A DNA stretch of 34,785 nucleotides from Fidelibacterota bacterium (GTDB lineage: Bacteria; Fidelibacterota; Fidelibacteria; Fidelibacterales; DSDE01), in NCBI GenBank assembly GCA_046735395.1, contig JBJKQR010000022.1, positions 1-34,785 of the forward strand, read 5' to 3'. Positions 10,835-20,895 of this stretch are shown here, one piece after another (the stretch's first letter is position 1; each line of letters starts with the position of its first letter). A model generated the notes under the pieces. The model saw only the letters and a program-made list of their open reading frames with translations. It was not told where the DNA came from and did no database searches. Both the position numbers and the translations under genes were made by a program.

Positions 10835-12442
10835 ATGATTCACCCTCGAATCACGCGATTGATCCTGCCCGGACTCACTCTGATGATGACCTGGCACTGC
10901 GCCGCCCAGCGGGCTCCAGGCGGAGGTCCTGTGGACAAGACGCCGCCAGAATTCATCTCCGCCAATGTGGAGACCGGAACAACCGGCATTCCGGCCGGAC
11001 AGGAATTTGTATTTTCCTTTTCCGAGGCGCTGGATGAACTTTCGGTAAAAAAAGGTCTCACACTATTTCCGCTGAATATGACGGAGATGACGGTCCGTAC
11101 CCGTGGCCGCCGCATTATCATCCGGCCCAACCGGTCCTGGGCCGAAGACCAGGCCTACAGCCTGATCCTCGACAATTCCGTGAGCGATATGAGAAAAAAT
11201 CCCCTGAACGGAAGCATTGCCTTTTCCTTCAGCACCGGATCCACCATTCCCGGCGGACGTCTGTCCGGCAAAGTTTACGGACTGAAAAAGAATGAAAATG
11301 CAACCATCCTGCTTGCCGATACTGAAAATATCGATTCGCTGTTTGTTCGCTATAAATATTTCTCCCAAAGCGGAACTGATGGAAAATTCAGTTTCAGTTA
11401 TCTTCCGGAAACAAAGTATTATCTGATGGGATATATTGATAAGGATCAGAGCAGAAGTTACAGCCCGCTCCGGGATGATCTGGTCCTTCCTGACCGTCTC
11501 GCAGCCATGGCCACGGATTCCATGCCTCCGTATATTGAGATGAAGGTTGTGAGGGGGAACTTCACTGAGCCGCAGCTTCTTTCGGCCCGCCGCGCCTGGC
11601 CCGGCCGGATTGACCTGAAATTCTCAAAATATCTGCCGGTCTCTCAGAACTTTGATTCGCTGAAAATGGATACGGTCAGTATCGACACCATCATTGCGGA
11701 AAACGAATATCTCCGAATATATTATCAGGCTTCGACGGATGAGGACAGCCTTCAGATTCATGTTCCGGCATTGAAAGACACGCTGAATTGCGTAAGCCTG
11801 GATACGACCGTACTGATCCGGACGCAGGCATATATAGACACAAGTTACAGCCTCAGCTGGCAGGATCCGTATGTAGTCATCAGCCCTGATCCGGGCGCAG
11901 ATTCCTTACCCGCCGTTATAGAAAGCAAGGAAGACACCAGCCGCTTTGTGCTGCTGCCGCGCAAGGGCGGCCGATATTTTTGTCCCCTTGAAGGGACTTT
12001 TCAGGGCCAATGTTCGCTGACACTGGCCGGATCCCCGCTGTATCCCGAGATCCCCGACAGCAGTCACCGCAGCGTTCAGATCTCCCGCAACGAGGATCCG
12101 GGAAGCGGCAGCCTGGCTCTGACCGTTCCGAAGCAGCGCGGAGAGATCTACATTCTGATTTCCGGAAAAAACCGCTACAGTTCTGCGGCGGATGCGGATG
12201 GACACTGCGACTTTCCCGCAGTCATTCCCGGCACTTACAGTCTGATTTCCTTTAGAGACCGAAATGGAAACGGGATACCCGACAACGGCAGTCTGCAGCC
12301 TTTCACCGCGCCGGAAATCGTCCGTCCCGCATCGGATAATCTGGAAATTCGGCGCAACTGGGAAACGAGCCTGGATCTGACAAAAACCCCCGATAATCAG
12401 AACGGGGTGAACGATAAAAAAAATTCGAGAACAGAGCAATGA
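10835..12442 (+). CDS. Lipoprotein with N-terminal Ig-like (Big_5-type) domain and carboxypeptidase-regulatory-like domains
   Basis: Signal peptide then C-AAQRAPGGGPVDKTPP, typical of a widespread FCB lipoprotein; FSFSTG; YSLISFRDRNGNG. Confidence 0.8.
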   Translation: MIHPRITRLILPGLTLMMTWHCAAQRAPGGGPVDKTPPEFISANVETGTTGIPAGQEFVFSFSEALDELSVKKGLTLFPLNMTEMTVRTRGRRIIIRPNRSWAEDQAYSLILDNSVSDMRKNPLNGSIAFSFSTGSTIPGGRLSGKVYGLKKNENATILLADTENIDSLFVRYKYFSQSGTDGKFSFSYLPETKYYLMGYIDKDQSRSYSPLRDDLVLPDRLAAMATDSMPPYIEMKVVRGNFTEPQLLSARRAWPGRIDLKFSKYLPVSQNFDSLKMDTVSIDTIIAENEYLRIYYQASTDEDSLQIHVPALKDTLNCVSLDTTVLIRTQAYIDTSYSLSWQDPYVVISPDPGADSLPAVIESKEDTSRFVLLPRKGGRYFCPLEGTFQGQCSLTLAGSPLYPEIPDSSHRSVQISRNEDPGSGSLALTVPKQRGEIYILISGKNRYSSAADADGHCDFPAVIPGTYSLISFRDRNGNGIPDNGSLQPFTAPEIVRPASDNLEIRRNWETSLDLTKTPDNQNGVNDKKNSRTEQ

Positions 12443-12456
12443 CAGGGAGTCCATGA

Positions 12457-13536
12457 ATGAATGAACATTATTACAGTCTGATCATGGCCGGAGGCGTGGG
12501 CAAGCGATTCTGGCCGAGAAGCCGGAAAAACAGTCCCAAGCAGCTGCTGGATATCGTCGGGCAGGAAACGATGATCAACAAAACGATCAATCGACTGAAG
12601 AGCATCTCACCGCCGGAGCGGATTCTGATCATTACAAATTTTGAGCAGGCGGAAATGATCATGGCACAGAATACGGATCTGAAGCGGGAAAATTTCATCA
12701 TTGAGCCCAGCGGAAAAAATACCGCACCCGCCATCGGCCTGGCGGCCTCCATCCTTCTGAAGCGGGACCGGGATGCGGTGATGGGCGTTTTCCCTGCAGA
12801 TCATTTGATTGAAAACACTCCTTCATTTCATAAATATCTGAATAAGGCCATTGAATTCGCCGCCGCAAGCCCGTCTCTGCTGACCTTCGGCATCACTCCC
12901 ACCCGCCCCGCCACCGGATATGGATACATTCAGATCAACCGCGATCTGGTGCAGCCCGCCGAAAGTATCTTCGAGGTGAAGACCTTTGCAGAAAAACCCA
13001 ATGTGGATACGGCCCGGCGCTTTGTCAAATCCGGGGAATTTCTGTGGAATTCAGGGATGTTCGTATGGCAGGCCTCCGTTATTCTCAAAGCTCTGAAAAA
13101 ATACATGCGGGATCTGTATGATCCTCTGCTGCGGATCTCGGATGCCATCGGCAAGCCGAATTATGAGAAGGAGCTTCAGGCTCACTGGTTCGGCCTGCAG
13201 CCGGAATCCATCGATTACGGTGTTCTGGAACGGGCCCGGAATGTCTGCGTGGTGGAGGGCGATTTTGACTGGTCCGATGTGGGCTCCTGGGATGCGGTCT
13301 ATGACATTGAGGAAAAGGATAAGCACGGGAATGTCTTTCGGTCGGAGGGGGCCATGCTGAAGTCGTCCAATAATTATATCTACAGCCGGAACGCCACCAT
13401 TTTCGCCCGGAATATCAACGACCTTATTCTGATTGAAGATCAGGGAATTATCCTTATTATCCCGCGTGGTGATAGCGAACAGGTCAAGGAGATTGTGGAT
13501 TATCTGCCGGTGCTGGGGAAGGAAGACCTGCTGTGA
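12457..13536 (+). CDS. manC: Mannose-1-phosphate guanylyltransferase
   Basis: IMAGGVGKRFWPRSR..PKQ, EPSGKNTAPAI, PADH, TGYGYI, FAEKP, WNSGMF, SIDYGVLE, WSDVGSW. Confidence 0.94.
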   Translation: MNEHYYSLIMAGGVGKRFWPRSRKNSPKQLLDIVGQETMINKTINRLKSISPPERILIITNFEQAEMIMAQNTDLKRENFIIEPSGKNTAPAIGLAASILLKRDRDAVMGVFPADHLIENTPSFHKYLNKAIEFAAASPSLLTFGITPTRPATGYGYIQINRDLVQPAESIFEVKTFAEKPNVDTARRFVKSGEFLWNSGMFVWQASVILKALKKYMRDLYDPLLRISDAIGKPNYEKELQAHWFGLQPESIDYGVLERARNVCVVEGDFDWSDVGSWDAVYDIEEKDKHGNVFRSEGAMLKSSNNYIYSRNATIFARNINDLILIEDQGIILIIPRGDSEQVKEIVDYLPVLGKEDLL

Positions 13537-13793
13537 AACAGCCCCTTATAAAAAAAATCCGCAGCGAACTGGAAGATTTTCTGAAGAATGAACACGGAAT
13601 CGCCATCATTTATGACCGTGGTGCTTTTCACGGGGGCTATGCCCGTATTTATGAGGAAAAACGCTTGTTGCTGAACCGCTTTATCCCCGATGAGGAAAAA
13701 GCAAGCATCATGGCAAGAGCGATTCTGGAATCAGGGCTTCCCTTCGATGAACTGAAGGATGAGGTACAGGAATTTATCAGGAAATTTTCCTGA
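13533..13793 (+). CDS. Small hypothetical protein
   Basis: 86-aa ORF with GTG start overlapping the manC stop (GTGA), in the operon direction, with protein-like composition. Confidence 0.7.
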   Translation: MKQPLIKKIRSELEDFLKNEHGIAIIYDRGAFHGGYARIYEEKRLLLNRFIPDEEKASIMARAILESGLPFDELKDEVQEFIRKFS

Positions 13794-13838
13794 AGGCCTC
13801 CCGCAAATCAAAAAACGAATAACATACAGGTGAGATAT

Positions 13839-14309
13839 ATGGAAGAGTGTTCGGACATCATCATCCGACGTGGATTGAGAAGTGACATCCAAACGATTGC
13901 AGAATTCAACCAGGCAATGGCCTGGGAAACGGAGGCGCTGGATCTGGAACTTGATCGGCTCATTACGGGAGTAAGCGCCGTGATGGATGATGAAAACAAG
14001 GGATTTTACCTTGTTGTTGAATGCCGGGGAGAGATCGGGGCCTGCCTGATGGTTACCCGGGAATGGAGCGACTGGCGAAATTCCTGGTGGTGGTGGATAC
14101 AGAGCCTTTACGTGCAGGAAAATTTTCGCCGGCATCACCTTTTTTCCAGGATGTACGACAGAATCCGGGAGATGGCCGCCAAGGACGCTGCAGCAGGGAT
14201 CCGGCTCTATGTGGATCAGCATAACCGGGGCGCGCGTACGGTATATGACAAATGCGGGATGGAAGAAAGCAATTATGTATTTTATGAACAGGCTTTTGAC
14301 CAGGTATGA
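13839..14309 (+). CDS. GNAT family N-acetyltransferase
   Basis: FNQAMAWETE, EWSDWRN.WWWIQSLYV...RR, RLYVDQHN..A..VY.KCGM. Confidence 0.9.
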   Translation: MEECSDIIIRRGLRSDIQTIAEFNQAMAWETEALDLELDRLITGVSAVMDDENKGFYLVVECRGEIGACLMVTREWSDWRNSWWWWIQSLYVQENFRRHHLFSRMYDRIREMAAKDAAAGIRLYVDQHNRGARTVYDKCGMEESNYVFYEQAFDQV

Positions 14310-16429
14310 AAGGAATTGATATGGGTTGGCGAATTTCTCTGAACATCCTTCTTATCTGGACACTGTTGCTGGGGGCCTGTTCGCATGACGGCGCAGGGTC
14401 CCGGGAAAATGACGACCCCTGGATCTGGCTGGAAAATATTGACAGCCCGCAATCCATGCAATGGGTGCAGCAGCAGAATGACAGCACAGAAAATCGCCTG
14501 TCCTGCCAGCCGCCCTATGAAGAAATTTATCAGCGGGCTCTGGCCTATTACAGCTCGGACCGGAAACTGCCCAGCCCGGAAATTTTTGGAGATTACATTT
14601 ATGATCATACACAGAATCAGGACCACCCCCGGGGAATCTGGCGCCGGTCCGTTCTGAAGAAATTCATCAGCGGAAAGGCCGCCTGGGAGACGCTTGTCGA
14701 TCTGGATCAGCTCTCCGCGGCGGAACATCGCGACTGGGTATTTTCATCAGCCCTACCCAAACCCGGTTCCTATGACCGCTGGCTGGTGGAACTGTCGCCC
14801 GGCGGCGGGGATGCGGCCGAAATCCGGGAATTCGACATGAACCGTAAAATTTTTATTACAAACGGATTCCATCTGCCCGTATCAAAAGGTTCCGCAGACT
14901 GGTACTCTCCGGATACCCTGATCGTCTCCCGTGATTTCGGATCCGGAAGTATGACCCAGAGCGGATATCCCCGATCCGTCGCACTCCTGCCCCGGGGCAA
15001 AAAACTGAAAAAAGCGGAGCGCCTGATCACCATTCCCGAGGATCACATGGGCGTGTGGGGCAGCCAGGAAGGCGATCTGTCCGATCCGCTCTGCCTCATT
15101 CAGGATTACGTGGACTTTTTTCATGTCCGGTTTTTCCTTTACCGGAAGGGGCAGCTCCTGCAGCTTCCCTTTCCCGATTTCGCCGAGTACCGGGGCCTGG
15201 CAGACGGACAGTTTATCGTTCAGATCAAGGAAAACTGGAATACCGAAACAGCAGATTTCAGCCAGGGAGACGTTCTGGGCTTTGACGTGAATGATATTTT
15301 TTCGGCCACACCTCATCCGCAGCTGATCGCCCATCCCGGCCCGAAGAGCGCCTTTCTCGATATCCGCTGCTACCGGAACGGCGTCCTGATCCTCAGCATG
15401 GAAAATGTGAAATCGGCCATTTCACGCTTTACCCGCAAGGATGGAATGTGGCAGCAGGATACGCTTCTGCCTCCCATGGCCGGCACCCTGTCATTCAGAA
15501 ATGTCAATCGCAAATGGGGGAATTTCTTTTTCACCGGCGAAGATTTTCTCACGCCGCCATCGCTGTTTTACAGCAGTATCGCCGGGCGGATTACCCGGAT
15601 TGATTCATTGCCCGCATTTTTCGATAAAAGCAACCTGGACGTGACCCAGTCCTGGGCCCTATCCTCCGATGGAACTAAAATTCCCTACTTTCTGCTCATT
15701 CCCCGCAAGAGGGCTGCCGACGGTACCTGTCCAACGCTTCTCTATGGGTACGGCGGTTTCGAAATCGCCGAACGTCCCCGATACAACCCCACGCTCGGGT
15801 TTTCCTGGCTGGAAAAGGGCGGCGCCTACGCTCTGGCCAATATCCGGGGCGGAGGGGAATTCGGCCCGTCCTGGCATCAGAGCGCCCTTCGCGAACATCG
15901 GCAGCGGGCCTTTGATGATTTCATTGCCGTCGCCGAAGATCTGCTTCGGCGGGGGCTCACCACGCCGCAGCAGCTGGCGATTCAGGGCGGATCCAATGGC
16001 GGCCTGCTCGTGGGAGCGGTTATGACACAACGGCCCGATCTTTTCAAGGCCGTGGTCTGTCGGGTTCCGCTTCTGGATATGAAGCGCTACAGCCATCTCC
16101 TCGCCGGCGCCAGCTGGATGGCGGAATACGGTGATCCGGATACGAAGGACTGGGATTATATGAAATTGTGGTCTCCCTATCAGAACCTGAAATCCGGTAC
16201 AACCTATCCGGATATATTTTTCAATACATCCACGCGGGACGACCGGGTTCATCCGGGACATGCCCGGAAAATGGCGGCGAAAATGGAATCCCGGCAGCAG
16301 ACTGTTTACTATTTCGAAAATACAGAAGGCGGCCACAGAGCATCCGTCACACCGGAACAAAAAGCAAAAACTGCCGCGCTGATCTACTCTTTTCTGCTCT
16401 CCGAGCTTGGACTCACCGGGGAGAATTGA
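14306..16429 (+). CDS. Prolyl oligopeptidase (S9A), probable lipoprotein
   Basis: DDPWIWLE, YGYGGF, NIRGGGEFG, catalytic GGSNGG / DDRV / GGH, lipobox LGAC. Alternative start at ATG 14321, which has AAGGA upstream. Confidence 0.93.
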   Translation: MKGIDMGWRISLNILLIWTLLLGACSHDGAGSRENDDPWIWLENIDSPQSMQWVQQQNDSTENRLSCQPPYEEIYQRALAYYSSDRKLPSPEIFGDYIYDHTQNQDHPRGIWRRSVLKKFISGKAAWETLVDLDQLSAAEHRDWVFSSALPKPGSYDRWLVELSPGGGDAAEIREFDMNRKIFITNGFHLPVSKGSADWYSPDTLIVSRDFGSGSMTQSGYPRSVALLPRGKKLKKAERLITIPEDHMGVWGSQEGDLSDPLCLIQDYVDFFHVRFFLYRKGQLLQLPFPDFAEYRGLADGQFIVQIKENWNTETADFSQGDVLGFDVNDIFSATPHPQLIAHPGPKSAFLDIRCYRNGVLILSMENVKSAISRFTRKDGMWQQDTLLPPMAGTLSFRNVNRKWGNFFFTGEDFLTPPSLFYSSIAGRITRIDSLPAFFDKSNLDVTQSWALSSDGTKIPYFLLIPRKRAADGTCPTLLYGYGGFEIAERPRYNPTLGFSWLEKGGAYALANIRGGGEFGPSWHQSALREHRQRAFDDFIAVAEDLLRRGLTTPQQLAIQGGSNGGLLVGAVMTQRPDLFKAVVCRVPLLDMKRYSHLLAGASWMAEYGDPDTKDWDYMKLWSPYQNLKSGTTYPDIFFNTSTRDDRVHPGHARKMAAKMESRQQTVYYFENTEGGHRASVTPEQKAKTAALIYSFLLSELGLTGEN

Positions 16430-16523
16430 GCCGTTTCCACGTTCCCGTCCTCATCATTTTCTAATTCATATTTCTTGCTGCGTTTTGCTATATTCGCGCC
16501 AACATGCAAAGGGACCAGTAAAA

Positions 16524-17615
16524 ATGAAAAAACTCCTTACCGTCAGTCTGTCCGTCTTATTACTCGGAATTTTCACCGGAGCCGCCGCCAAACGAACGCC
16601 TGAAGCCCGCAATATCATTCTGATGATCGGAGACGGCATGGGACTGTCCGAACTCTCATCCGCCTATTATTTTCAGGATAAGGAACCCTCCTTTTCCCGT
16701 TTTCATCATATTTCCCTGATCAGGACCTCGTCTGCAAGCCATAAGGTGACCGATTCGGCTGCGGCAGCCACCGCGCTGGCCTGCGGGGTCAAGACCTTCA
16801 ATGGTGCCCTCGGCGTCACACCGGACGGCAAAGCGGCAGAAGATATCTGCGAAATCGCTGCCCGGAAAGGCAGAAAAACGGGACTGATTTCCACCGCCCC
16901 CATCACTCACGCCACACCGGCAGGTTTTTATGCGCATATCCGAAAACGCGGCGAGATGGACAGCATCGCAGTGCAGCTTCTCGCCTCACCCATCGATTTT
17001 TTCGCAGGCGGAGGTCTGAATAATTTCTGCAGACGGGCGGACGGACAGAATCTGCTGGACAGGCAGACGACGTTCCGGATCGATACCACCGCATTGCCGG
17101 TGTCGGGCAAGTCCCTCGATGCAACTCAGCGCTACGGATATCTGCTGGCCGGAGACGGCATGCCCACCATGCTGCAGGGACGGGGCGATTTTCTCAGCCA
17201 GGCCGTTCAGGTAGCGGTGGATTATCTGTCCAAATCCCGGAAAGGTTTTTTTCTCATGGTTGAAGGCGGACAGATTGACTGGGGCGGACACGAGAATGAT
17301 GCCGATTATCTGATAGCCGAAACGCTGGATTTTGATAAGGCGATAGACCGGGCCATGGATTTTGCCGAAAAGGACGGCCACACGCTGGTCATTGTCCTGG
17401 CCGATCACGAGACCGGCGGATTTTCACTGACGGCGGCCCGAAACGGCAAAGGCGCTTATGATTACCATGAAATCGGCCCCACTTTCACCGCAACCTGCCA
17501 CAGCGCCACCCTGATCCCCGTATTCGCTTACGGCCCTGGAGCATCCATTTTTAACGGCGTGTACCAGAACAGTGATGTTTTCCCGAAGATGCTGCAGGCC
17601 TTCCACCTGAAATAA
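16524..17615 (+). CDS. Alkaline phosphatase (PhoA family), exported
   Basis: Signal peptide; IGDGMG, TDSAAAATA (active Ser), HATPA, VEGGQIDWGGH, ADHETGG. Confidence 0.93.
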   Translation: MKKLLTVSLSVLLLGIFTGAAAKRTPEARNIILMIGDGMGLSELSSAYYFQDKEPSFSRFHHISLIRTSSASHKVTDSAAAATALACGVKTFNGALGVTPDGKAAEDICEIAARKGRKTGLISTAPITHATPAGFYAHIRKRGEMDSIAVQLLASPIDFFAGGGLNNFCRRADGQNLLDRQTTFRIDTTALPVSGKSLDATQRYGYLLAGDGMPTMLQGRGDFLSQAVQVAVDYLSKSRKGFFLMVEGGQIDWGGHENDADYLIAETLDFDKAIDRAMDFAEKDGHTLVIVLADHETGGFSLTAARNGKGAYDYHEIGPTFTATCHSATLIPVFAYGPGASIFNGVYQNSDVFPKMLQAFHLK

Positions 17616-17687
17616 GTCCGTTTTTCCCGTCCTCCGCTTTCGTTTTATCAATATTTTCCATAACTTTCGTAAAAAACAGGAGACGTC

Positions 17688-18761
17688 ATGCAAATAGGGT
17701 TTATAGGTTTGAAATATTCAGGAAAAAGCACACTCTTTCAATTGCTGACAGAGGGGCATTTCGAAAGCCTGCGCACCGGCGCCGGTGAATATTTCAGAGG
17801 AAATGTGACCGTCCCCGACAATCGAATCGACAAACTCTCCGATATTTTTCAGCCCAAGAAGACGACCTATACGCATTTTGAATGTATCGATGTCATGGGG
17901 CTGCCGAGCACCAAGCGCCGTGACCAGAGCGGGAAATATCTGGAGGCCGTGAGACAGACGGACGCCCTCGTCGCCGTCATTCAGGTCTTCGACGGCTTCG
18001 ATGATGCGGGGAATGCCTTCCGTATCGCCCCTCCTGACAACATGGTTTCTCTGGAAGACGAACTGGTGTTCAGCGACCTGCTCGTTCTGGAAAGCCGCCT
18101 GGAAAAACTGGACAGTCTGAAAAAGCGGGGCGCACCCCAATATGACCACGACGAACATGTTATCCTCGAAAAATGCCATGCCCAGCTGGAGAACAATCTG
18201 CCGCTGAGGGAGCTTGCCCTGGCCCCGGAAGAAAAGAAAAAGATCCGCGGATTTCAGTTTCTGAGCGAAAAACCGCTCATCGTCGTCCTGAATTGTGATG
18301 AATCTACCTATCCCGAACGGGAAAAATATATCGCAGACATTCACCGCAAACAGGCAAATCTGGCCGTCACCGCGGTGAATGCCCTGGCCGAAAAGGAAAT
18401 ACAGGAGCTGGATGAGGAGGAACAGCGGGATTTCATGCAGGATCTGGGCATCAGCGAACCCGCCATTTTTCAGGTCATCAAAGCGGCCTATGAAGGACTG
18501 GGGCTCATCTCATTCTTTACCGTCGGCGAGGATGAAGTCCGGGCCTGGACCGCGGAGCAGGGCTGCAGCGCCCCGGAAGCGGCCGGCAAGATTCACAGTG
18601 ACCTGCAGACAGGATTCATCCGGGCCGAGACCATTCATTTCGATACCTTCATGGAGGCCGGATCCTATGCCGAAGCCAAGACCCGCGGCCTGCTGCGCCT
18701 CGAGGGCAAGGAATATATTGTAAAAGACGGCGATATTCTGAATATCCGTTTCAATGTCTGA
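17688..18761 (+). CDS. ychF: YchF/OLA1 ribosome-binding ATPase
   Basis: GLKYSGKSTLF, VPDNRID.L, NCDE at G4, C-terminal FFTVGEDEVRAW, AAGKIHSD...GFIRAE, EGKEYIVKDGD. Confidence 0.9.
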   Translation: MQIGFIGLKYSGKSTLFQLLTEGHFESLRTGAGEYFRGNVTVPDNRIDKLSDIFQPKKTTYTHFECIDVMGLPSTKRRDQSGKYLEAVRQTDALVAVIQVFDGFDDAGNAFRIAPPDNMVSLEDELVFSDLLVLESRLEKLDSLKKRGAPQYDHDEHVILEKCHAQLENNLPLRELALAPEEKKKIRGFQFLSEKPLIVVLNCDESTYPEREKYIADIHRKQANLAVTAVNALAEKEIQELDEEEQRDFMQDLGISEPAIFQVIKAAYEGLGLISFFTVGEDEVRAWTAEQGCSAPEAAGKIHSDLQTGFIRAETIHFDTFMEAGSYAEAKTRGLLRLEGKEYIVKDGDILNIRFNV

Positions 18762-18767
18762 GTCAAT

Positions 18768-18792
18768 CCGGCCCGGGTCGGTTTTCGTTTTT
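18768..18792 (+). terminator. Weak putative intrinsic terminator after ychF
   Basis: CCGGC-CCGG-GTCGG hairpin followed by a T-rich tract, between convergent genes. Confidence 0.4.
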
Positions 18793-18813
18793 CTATCAAA
18801 TAAAATCAGATTT

Positions 18814-19221
18814 TCAGTGAAGACCCCGTGCCTTCAGAAAGGGCGCGTAGTGACGGTCCGTCCCGATGATATGGTCGATCAGCCAGTCCTGCAGAAAATT
18901 GATGATATCCATGGACAGCATGATCTTTCCCAATTCCTGGTTCTTTGAGAACTCGGCAACTTTCTGAATAAATTCGTCATGTTCCCGCTTGTGCGCCAAC
19001 GCTTCCGGATATCCGTACTCATCAAAATAACGTTCTTCCGTTCCGAAATGAAACTCGGTATACTTCGCCATCTCCTGGATGATTTCACCGAGAACCGTAC
19101 GGGTCTTCTGCGCCAGCATGGCATCATGGAGCTGATTAATCAGCGCCACCAGGCTCTGGTGCTGTTCGTCAATCTCGCGAATGCCCAGATTATAACTTTC
19201 GTCCCAAGGTATGAGAGTCAT
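18814..19221 (-). CDS. Bacteriohemerythrin (single domain)
   Basis: W...Y.LG..EIDEQH, HFGTEE, HKREH, WLIDHI.GTD di-iron ligands. Start set at ATG 19221 with GGGGA upstream. Confidence 0.95.
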   Translation of the reverse strand: MTLIPWDESYNLGIREIDEQHQSLVALINQLHDAMLAQKTRTVLGEIIQEMAKYTEFHFGTEERYFDEYGYPEALAHKREHDEFIQKVAEFSKNQELGKIMLSMDIINFLQDWLIDHIIGTDRHYAPFLKARGLH

Positions 19222-19370
19222 GTCGTCCCCCTGCTTTTCACTAAAATACGACAATCAACCCGCCGTGGAAAAGGAAAAAGAAGTCCCATGTCATCATTCC
19301 GAATCTCCCCCATCTGATATATCGCATCCCCGTTTTGAATATCTTTCCATTCCGTCCGGGAAAAAGATCC

Positions 19371-19398
19371 TTGTCATTATCGTTTTTTTTTTTAACTT
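19371..19398 (+). promoter_or_regulatory. Putative sigma70 promoter with a T11 homopolymer in the spacer
   Basis: TTGTCA (19371-19376), 16-nt spacer, TAACTT (19393-19398); T11 at 19383-19393. Confidence 0.5.
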
Positions 19399-19514
19399 CA
19401 GTCCGTATTTGTATTTTGATTAATTGGAGCGAGTGGAGTGAACGGACAGAAAAACAATCATCATATTCCGGGTTTGTCTGCGATACAACGGATTGATTAA
19501 AAGAAGAGAAGGAG

Positions 19515-20750
19515 ATGAAAATGAAACGGCTTTCAATAGTATTCAAACTTGCGATTATCAGCGTTTTCCTTTTGCTCAGCTGCGAAAAGCCTGTTGAGGA
19601 GCATTCCACTGTGCAGCAGCAGATCGATTGGCCGTCCCTGGCTGCGGGATCAGCATCCATGTATCATGGCGGGCCTTTACAGAATGGCCTGTTCTTTGAA
19701 AAGGGGCCTCAACAGGGCAACGTGCTGTGGCGCGCATATCTTGAAAGTTATTGCCCTGGTGGCACATCTCCGATTGTTGATGACGCAAACAATATCTATG
19801 TGAATACGCAGTGCGGAGATTTTCAGAAGTTTTCCCCCAGTGGAGACACCCTGTGGACTCGTCATATCGATAATGAGTTGAATATTGAAGCACCGACCTG
19901 CCCAATGATCCTTGCCAACGGGAATATTGTTCATCTGAACAACCGTAAATTCGTGATCATGAATTCGGATGGAGACATCCTCATTGACAGAGACCTCCCC
20001 GCCAGAATGATCAATGAATCATTTTCTATTGATCGCGCGGGTAACTTTTATGCATTGTATTATGACAGCGGCGTGCTGTTTTCACTGGATGCGGAGGGAA
20101 ATCTTCGCTGGGAAGTGGATCCGTCAGGAGATTATAATGATACCTTCATATCTCTGGGTGGGCCCGTCCTGATGTGTCCCGATGAGGATGCCATGGTTGT
20201 CGCAGGCATGCAGAATCTGTACAAAGTTTCCACCGAAGGGACTGTTCTCTGGTCACGTCCAGCCAGGATTTATACACGGATAATAGAAAATGATGACGGC
20301 GATGTATTCTACTGGGACAGGACGGATTCCATATTGTATTCCATCAGTACGGACGGAACGGAAAACTGGCATACGGTGACGAAGGACGAATTTTCAGCAA
20401 CAGCCTATCCAACCGTCCTGATTAATGGGAATATTATTTTCATTGCAGGCGGGTATAAGTTAAACTGTTATTCACCGGAAGACGGGCATTTAGTATGGTC
20501 CACAGCAGAAGAGATGGGGTTATCGCTGAATTCCCTCGTTTCTGATATAGACGGGAACTTTTATTTTGTCAGAACCGATCTTTCTGGCCCGTCGACGCTT
20601 TATGCTTACAATAAAACCGGACACATGATGTGGTCCATGCAGGACAGCTCTTTATTTCCATGTTCAAGCGCAACCATTTCCGACGGCAAACTTATTATGA
20701 ATAATTATTGGAATATGTCAAACATCGGAGAAATATATGTGGTTGAATAG
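19515..20750 (+). CDS. PQQ-like (BamB-type) beta-propeller lipoprotein
   Basis: Lipobox LLSC; repeated blade motifs (FSPSGDTLW, LDAEGNLRW, VSTEGTVLW, ISTDGTENW, YNKTGHMMW); AAGGAG RBS; visibly lower GC than its neighbours. Confidence 0.85.
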   Translation: MKMKRLSIVFKLAIISVFLLLSCEKPVEEHSTVQQQIDWPSLAAGSASMYHGGPLQNGLFFEKGPQQGNVLWRAYLESYCPGGTSPIVDDANNIYVNTQCGDFQKFSPSGDTLWTRHIDNELNIEAPTCPMILANGNIVHLNNRKFVIMNSDGDILIDRDLPARMINESFSIDRAGNFYALYYDSGVLFSLDAEGNLRWEVDPSGDYNDTFISLGGPVLMCPDEDAMVVAGMQNLYKVSTEGTVLWSRPARIYTRIIENDDGDVFYWDRTDSILYSISTDGTENWHTVTKDEFSATAYPTVLINGNIIFIAGGYKLNCYSPEDGHLVWSTAEEMGLSLNSLVSDIDGNFYFVRTDLSGPSTLYAYNKTGHMMWSMQDSSLFPCSSATISDGKLIMNNYWNMSNIGEIYVVE

Positions 20751-20895
20751 AAATTCAATCAAAAAGATCCTGTTCCCACGAAAGCAGCAGACTTTCATTT
20801 AATACTCCTTAAAAAGTCGTATATCTGAAATAAAGCCTGAATTCCCGGTCAAAGGTCATTTTCTGAAAGACCGATCGCTCTCAGATCAGCCATTT

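Noticed and set aside
12453..12464. (ATGA)3 repeat at the manC start as a phase-variation site
   Set aside because: Only three units, and a unit change would leave an in-frame ATG, so there is no ON/OFF frameshift.
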